The notes under the pieces: generated by a model
Told to the model about the DNA's origin: nothing
Seen by the model: the letters and a program-made list of their open reading frames with translations, nothing else
The model's database searches: none
In this document: piece by piece, positions 36,210-43,087 of the stretch
Position numbering within the stretch: the stretch's first letter is position 1
How the letters are laid out: each line of letters opens with the position of its first letter
Position numbers and translations under genes: made by a program
Assembly: GCF_001194135.2 (NCBI RefSeq)
Contig: NC_068981.1
Location: 99,833,963-99,877,049 of the forward strand
Reading direction: 5' to 3'
Origin: Octopus bimaculoides
Taxonomy: Eukaryota
DNA: 43,087 nucleotides

Positions 36210-36240
36210 CTAGCAGCTAAGCCCGGTTTCACCCGGTCTG
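36210..36240 (-). mobile_element. Helitron-type 3' terminus
   Basis: Minus strand reads GACCGGGTGAAACCGGGCTTAGCTGCTAG|T: a GC-rich short hairpin about 10 nt before CTAG, followed by T. Confidence 0.7.
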
Positions 36241-36431
36241 TTTGGATGATGTGGCTGTGATCTTTTTCGGTTCGGCATAATCTATAATAGCATTTCTCAA
36301 CCTTATTATATTGGGCCCCCTGTTTCAATTGAGGCCTCCAGCTGTATGAAAATTTCCTGACTCACTGCTCCTTGTCAGAAAACAGCTTCAGGAGTTGTGA
36401 AGAACGAATCTGTATGTTGTCTGTTTCTGAG

Positions 36432-36538
36432 AGAATTCATCACCGTACTTGTTGCCAACCCTCACCTTACTGACAGCGTCTCTGTACATGGCTCACACAG
36501 CTGTCACTAACCATTCTTCTATCCTTAGTTTCCTCATT
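36432..36538 (-). mobile_element. Short RTE RT fragment
   Basis: MRKLRIEEWLVTAV*AMYRDAVSKVRVGNKYGDEF aligns with the in-window RTE sequence IQKLGIDKWFVRAVQAMYRDTTSKVKVGNDYSEEF. Confidence 0.8.
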
Positions 36539-36672
36539 GGTTGCCCCTGTTCCGCTCTGATGTGCACTGTGAATTCTCGGGTCTGGCATTTCCATGAAGA
36601 AACATCTACAGAAATGCCAGACCCGGGAACTCACAGTGCTCATCAATGCAACACAGTGGAACAGGGGCAACC
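36539..36672. repeat. 134-nt inverted repeat / hairpin
   Basis: Arms 36539-36592 and 36611-36672, 18-nt loop, one internal indel and a few mismatches. Confidence 0.92.
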
Positions 36673-36935
36673 CTAGAATCTCTGAGGCCATCCTCATACA
36701 CAAAAGGAAAACAAATACCAACAACAGAAGAGAGTTACAGGAAGCTAGCTGGTTGCTATAGCAATACCTTTCCACACATGCCAATTCCACGCATACTCAC
36801 ATACAAGAACATCGGCAACATTCGCTAATTTCTTAAAAATGGGGTCATAACCCTGAAATACTGAAGGCAAGGTAAGTCTAAATTAATTCATATATTTTTT
36901 TCTTGTGATTTGCTTACCCACGATCCTTTATGCAA

Positions 36936-37326
36936 GGCGCAGGAGTGGCTGTGTGGTAAGTAGCTTGCTTACCAACCACATGGTTCTGGGTTCAGTCCCA
37001 CTGTGTGGCATTTTGGGCAAGTGTCTTCTACTATAGCCTCGGGCTGACCAAAGCCTTGTGAGTGGATTTGGTAGATGAAAACTGAAAGAAGCCCTTCGTA
37101 TATATGTATATATATGTGTGTATGTGTGTGTATATGTTTATGTGTCTGTGTTTGTCCCCCCCAACATCGCTTGCAAACCGATGCTGGTGTGTTTACGTCC
37201 CTGTAACTTAGCGGTTCAGCAAAAAGAAACCGATAGAATAAGTACTAGGCTTCCAAAGAATAAGTCCTGCGGTACTCCAGCATGGCCGCAGTCAAATGAC
37301 TGAAACAAGTAAAAGAGTAAAGAGAG
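36936..37326 (+). mobile_element. Near full-length composite SINE (B head + (AT/GT)n + C tail)
   Basis: GGCGCAGGAGTGGCTGTGTGGTAAG...GGGTTCAGTCCC... ending GAAACAAGTAAAAGAGTAAAGAG. Confidence 0.9.
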
Positions 37327-37843
37327 AGTATACAACACACACAAAGCATTACTCAAACTGGGGCTATACGAAGACACTTGCCCAAGGTGCCATGCAGTGA
37401 TACTGAACTCAAAAATCATGTGGTTGCAAAGTGAGCTACATCTCCTCTATCTCCACTCCCCACCCCCACCCTCATGCTCACACAGAACTAATATTACAGT
37501 CAGTGTGTCAATATATGGAGCTTCATGAAACCAATGGTATGAAATTGCTATTCTAGCTTCCACTGATGTTCAGACATGAATGTACACCCACACAAATAGA
37601 GCCATGTGCCTACATGCATGCTTGTTGACATAAAATACAAACTTAAATGAAATGGTTGCAGCATATAGTCAGTTTAATGGATCTTACAAATTTAAAGGTG
37701 ATTAATTTATTGACCAGGTAAGGACGAATAAGGTAAGCTGAATTTGGCAAGATTTGAAAACAGAAAATACGGAGATAAAATCAAGTTATCTACTCAAGCA
37801 TTAAATTGCTTCTTGCTTTTATTCATTTACTAACAGACACTAC

Positions 37844-38015
37844 ATCTCTCTCTTCCTGTCTCTCTCTCTTCCTGTCTCTCTCTCTTCCTGTCTCTCTCTC
37901 TTCCTGTCTCTCTCTCTTCCTGTCTCTCTCTCTTCCTGTCTCTCTCTCTTCCTGTCTCTCTCTCTTCCTGTCTCTCTCTCTTCCTGTCTCTCTCTCTTCC
38001 TGTCTCTCTCTCTCT
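37844..38015. repeat. 16-bp minisatellite (TCTCTCTCTCTTCCTG), about 10 copies
   Basis: Direct reading. Confidence 0.95.
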
Positions 38016-38152
38016 AATGCACATACAACCATTATCTGACTGATTTGTCTTCCACCAATATTTATTAAGCACTTGTATATTTTTTCTACAAAAACAGAAA
38101 TGCAGATATACATACATACATACATATAAATAAATATATGTATATATATATA

Positions 38153-38386
38153 TGGTGGTTGTGGTGGTTGTCTACTCCTTAAACAGAGTTTGACCACCTC
38201 CTGCACCTACACCTTAGCCCTTTCATGGCGTCTGATGTGGCTTTTTAAACCAGACAGTGTTTTGAAAAAGCACCCACACAGATTGCACCTCTGATTTGCA
38301 CTACCAATACCTGCAAGTAAGTTCTGCTCATTGTGGATCCTAACATGTCTTTTAAGACCCCCATTGGATTTGCAAACCCTCTGGCA
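38153..38386 (-). mobile_element. Probable LINE 3' end encoding C2H2-type fingers, with (ACC)n tail
   Basis: CQRVCKSNGGLKRHVRIH and CNLCGCFFKTLSGLKSHIRRH, then GGAGTAGACAACCACCAC. Confidence 0.7.
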
Positions 38387-38641
38387 TATATATATATACA
38401 CACACACACACAGAGATGTATATACACACACACACATACATATATGTATACACATATATGCATCTATCTATCTATCTATCTAACTATATAATACTGAGAT
38501 TATTCTTTGTTGTTACTCCAACTTGCATGATTAAGAAAGAGTTGTGAAATTTGGAGTAGCATAGAGAGTAATCTGAGTACAATAAATAATTACACTGTAT
38601 TTCGGTATTGAGTATCTTTACTTCCTTTTTATTTTGTAAAC

Positions 38642-38692
<51 letters not shown>

Positions 38693-39776
38693 ACACACAC
38701 ATACATACATGCATAAATATACACAAACACATATACACAGAGAAAGAGAAAGGGAATGAGAGGAAGAGGGATATGCAAATTCAAGTGGTATTATTGCCCT
38801 GTGCGTATGCACATGTAAATCTGTGTTTTTAAATGTTTCTCTGAAATTTTAATACCAAATGTGACAGAAAAATAGATTAACACATCATTAAGTTTGTGAA
38901 TTATTCCCCCCCCCCCCCAAAAAAAAAAGACAAAACAAAAACAAACAAAAAATAATGAAGGAACAACCTGTTTGAAATTATATATTGTTTTCTTTAAAAA
39001 ACTAAAACAGAAAAATTAAACGAAAAAAAAACTGTTACGAAGACTGAGAAGTTTAAAATTGAAATGAGTCTGAACCTACCTTATGGTAGTTATTAACTGA
39101 GCCATAATTGTAGAATAATGTTAAGGGTCATGTACAATAGTAGCTTTTCCACCTACCAGGCAGTGATAACATTTCATGGCTATTCAGAAACATACTGAAA
39201 TATTTATGTGTCAACATTTGATGTTATAGTGCAATCTTGTCATTTAGAGAACACTGAAAGATATTGTTCTTCTGAGGAATAAGTACTGCTATTTGTACAA
39301 GCAGTGCACCAGTTGCAAGCTTCCTTGGAAACTGCAATGTGTAGATGCAGTGTGGAATCTAAAGGATTATATTTTTGTTATGATTTTGTTTGGTTTTTAT
39401 GGAGAATAAAATATTTTCATTGCAATTTGCCTTATTTGAATTGAGGAATAATGAGTTGAAATAATTATTAAGGGTTTGTTTGATTGTGGGGAAGTGTTTT
39501 GACATGTTTCAATGGAGAAAATGAATTAAATGAGGTTAAGGGAGGAGCAGAGTTGGAAACATTAATAAAAACGTTGTAGAGGAAGAAAGAAATGGAATGA
39601 GAGATAGATAGATAGATAGATGGAGAGAGAGAGAGAAGGGGAGAGAGAGAGATAAAAACAGAAAGAATGACAGAACAGAAGAAAAGTTAGATGAACAGAT
39701 AGAAAGGAAGGTAGTGTTGAATACCTACAAAAATACATTAGTAGTCAGATGTATGTACGTATGTGCATGTGTGAGT

Positions 39777-39821
<45 letters not shown>

Positions 39822-40192
39822 NNNNNNNNNNNNNNNNNNNNNNNNNNNNNNNNNNNNNNNNNNNNNNNNNNNNNNNNNNNNNNNNNNNNNNNNNNNNNNN
39901 NNNNNNNNNNNNNNNNNNNNNNNNNNNNNNNNNNNNNNNNNNNNNNNNNNNNNNNNNNNNNNNNNNNNNNNNNNNNNNNNNNNNNNNNNNNNNNNNNNNN
40001 NNNNNNNNNNNNNNNNNNNNNNNNNNNNNNNNNNNNNNNNNNNNNNNNNNNNNNNNNNNNNNNNNNNNNNNNNNNNNNNNNNNNNNNNNNNNNNNNNNNN
40101 NNNNNNNNNNNNNNNNNNNNNNNNNNNNNNNNNNNNNNNNNNNNNNNTATATATATACTGAGAAAGTGATAGAGCGGGGGTGGGGTGTAAAG

Positions 40193-40228
<36 letters not shown>

Positions 40229-40841
40229 AGTTAAACTGGGTAAATAGGTAGGCAGGTAGAAATAGAAGGATAAACAAATACAGATAAAGAGACAGAAAGA
40301 TGGGTAGATAGAGAGAGGGGCAGAAAAAAGAATACCAGGAGGAACTGAACATATAAATGAAATAAGAAGAGGTAGTATAACTAAAAAAAAGAAAGAAAAA
40401 AACAAACAACAAAAAAAGAAAGTAATAAACAAACAACAACAAAAAAAAGGAAAAAAAAAACAGAAGAAACAGTTATATAGAAAAATATGCCTGTGAACAC
40501 ACACAGTGAAATAGGTGAGGGAAAAGCAGAAAGACAGAGAAGTCATGGCATGAAAAGAAAACCAAAGAGAAGATGATGAAGATGAAAGTAAATTAAAGAA
40601 TAAGAAGGATTAAAGCAAAAGGAAGAATGTAAGAAGTATGAATAATCTTTCATTTTTATCCACACCTTTTTCTATTTTTCTTTCTTTTCCATTTCTCTCT
40701 ATTCTTTTTGCTTCATCCATTCGTTCTCCTTCCACCTCTACTATCATTATGAGCCACTGAAGGAGGCTCTGCTGTAAATAACAGGCAAATAAAAAAATGT
40801 TTTCTACCACTTTATAAAAGAAAATGATTACTAATGTATAT

Positions 40842-40888
<47 letters not shown>

Positions 40889-40890
40889 TA

Positions 40891-41360
40891 CATCATCATC
40901 ATCATCATCGTCGTTTAACGTCCGCTTTCCATGCTAGCACGGGTTGGACGATTTGACTGAGGACTGGTGGAACCCGAAGGCTACACCAGGCTCCAATCTG
41001 ATTTGGCAGAGTTTCTACAGCTGGATGCCCTTCCTAATGCCAACCACTCAGAGAGTGTAGTGGGTGCTTTTACGTGCCACCGGCACGAAGGCCAGTCAGG
41101 CGGTACTGGCAACGGCTACGCTCAAAATGGTGTATTTTATGTGCCACCCGCACAAGAGCCAGTCCAGGGGCACTGGTAACGATCTCGCTCAAAAGTTCTT
41201 ACACATGCCACGGGCACTAGTGCCAGAAAGGCGACGCTGGGCACAGGTGCCATCACAATTTCGCTTTCGCTTGCCCCAATAAGTCTTCGCAAGCTGAGTT
41301 TCATGTCCAATGAGGGAGACGACGTTGGCATGGGTGCCAGTCGTCGAATTTAGTTTGATT
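40891..41360 (-). mobile_element. Long, young family A copy
   Basis: CpG-rich. CATCATCGTCGTTTAACGTCCGCTTTCCATGCTAGC start. Near-identical to 42859-43087. Confidence 0.9.
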
Positions 41361-41608
41361 TCACTTATGGAGTAAAATATTTTTGAGGTAGATACAGTTT
41401 TAACAGCATGTAGAAAATTGAGTAAAAGAAATTATGAATCCATTGCATCTTATAGTGGAAACAGCTGTAAGCTAATGAAGTTTATAGGATAATCGTTTAT
41501 TCCTTTGTCATTTCTTATTACTGCTTTGTACTTGACTAAAGGTTTGTCCAGAAGCATGCATATATTGAGTTCTATGCCAGGTTATTAGTATTGCAATGCC
41601 TAAGCAAA

Positions 41609-41643
<35 letters not shown>

Positions 41644-42423
41644 AACGCACACACACACACACACATGTAGGTATGTAGGTAACTAGATAAAAAAAACAAG
41701 TAAAAGAAAGCTAAGGAGAAGACAAACAAATAATATATATAGTTAGACAAGTAAAGCACATGGTGGATAAAGTATAGAAAAACAACAATCAAAGAATGTT
41801 TACAATGATAATAAATATTCCAAATGAAAAGAAACATAAGACCCTTTATTAGAGCAAAGTATAAAAAAACTTAAGAGGAGGTAGAGAACAAGAAATAGGA
41901 CCAATACCAAATTTGCAATATCTGTTCATAATGCAGGATAACAATGATTATTTGAGTGTGTTAAGAAGGATGATATATTAAGTCTACAAGAAAGCGAAGA
42001 ACTAAAACAAATACTACATGATATTCAATCCAATATTCCATCAATTCTGCTGATCCGTTGTCTTGGACTTGTATTTTATTGACCCACAAAAGATAAAAGG
42101 TAAAGTTGGTATAGATGGAGTTTAAACTCAGAAAGCAGATAACTGGAACAAATACTACAAGGCATTTTGTGCTATATCCTAATAACTCTGCCAACTTACT
42201 GCTTCTGTGTGAGTTTAGTTGCATATATAATACAAGAAAAGAGATAATTTAACTATTTGATGAGTAGTTAAATGAAATAAGTGCTGGGGTCAATGAGATA
42301 AAAAAAAAAACCCATTGAAAAGGGATGCTACAGCATGACCATAATCTAATGAATGACACTAGTAAGAAAATGAAAAGAATAAAAGAACATGTGCACTATC
42401 TCATTGCTACCCAACACTTAAGG

Positions 42424-42858
42424 GATTTTCCTATTCAGATGGATAAGAAGCTAGAAAATAATAGACCAGACATAACAATGATAGACAAAGAAAAGCAGAG
42501 TTGCTTACTAATTAATTCCAGGATTGTAAGGAAAGAGGATGAAAAATGAGAAAACTGCAATCCCTTAAAATTTGAAATTGCAAGAATTTGGAGTATGAAA
42601 ACTGTAAAGGTTGTGCCTGTATTAAATGGTGCATTGGGAATTGTAAGTAAAGATATAGAATAAATGGTTGAAGGAAGTTGGAATAAAATGTCCGTAGAAC
42701 TTCTACAGAAAGTTTACCTTTTAGATCCAAGTAAGATTATCAGGAGGATTGTAAGCACTCGAAAGGCTACTGAAAACTTGTGGATACCTAAGGTTACAGG
42801 TAGTAACCTACTACCCACATAAATTCTACTAGGAATATGAATGAACCAGAATCAAATT
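42424..42858 (+). mobile_element. R4/Dong-type LINE 3' fragment (restriction-like endonuclease)
   Basis: DFPIQMDKKLENNRPDITMIDKEK...RKEDEK...LKFEIARIW...VVPVLNGALG...VELLQK matches the RLE pattern R-PD...(D)...EK. Confidence 0.85.
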
Positions 42859-42891
<33 letters not shown>

Positions 42892-43087
42892 GTTTAACGT
42901 CCGCTTTCCATGCTAGCATGGGTTGGACGATTTGACTGAGGACTGGTGAAACCGGATGGCAACACCAGGCTCCAGTCTGATTTGGCAGAGTTTCTACAGC
43001 TGGATGCCCTTCCTAACGCCAACCACTCAGAGAGTGTAGTGGGTGCTTTTACGTGTCACCCACACGAAAACGGCCACGCTCGAAATG
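42859..43087 (-). mobile_element. Young family A copy running off the window end
   Basis: (ATC)n followed by GTTTAACGTCCGCTTTCCATGCTAGCATGGGTTGGACG. Confidence 0.9.

Noticed and set aside
37823-38206. ERERQEERETGR repeat ORF, or a CRISPR-like array
   Set aside because: It is the translation of a 16-bp minisatellite. There are no unique spacers and no cas genes, and the context is eukaryotic.

Overview
AT-rich, CpG-depleted eukaryotic DNA from a gapped draft assembly, with six N-runs that mostly sit in (AT)n/(AC)n tracts. The repeat families and a molluscan-type 5S remnant suggest an octopod cephalopod; this is inferred from recall, not from a database search. I found no intact protein-coding gene. 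Most ORFs in the track are microsatellite, N-gap or transposon artefacts. The window is dominated by modular SINEs, decayed LINEs (RTE, R4/Dong, Penelope-like), a mariner fragment, MITEs and Helitron-like elements. The one clearly host-like element is a CpG-rich island at ~27.9-29.0 kb with a minus-strand promoter (TATA, CCAAT, two inverted ATCACGTGAC boxes). It has a uORF-bearing leader and possible downstream non-coding exons. The most notable observations are a minimal hammerhead ribozyme in a ~328-bp retrozyme-like unit, a 5S-rRNA head fused to a SINE tail, a 614-bp foldback, a Helitron-ended mosaic with a 134-nt hairpin, and LINE tails encoding C2H2 fingers. All family assignments come from manual motif reading.
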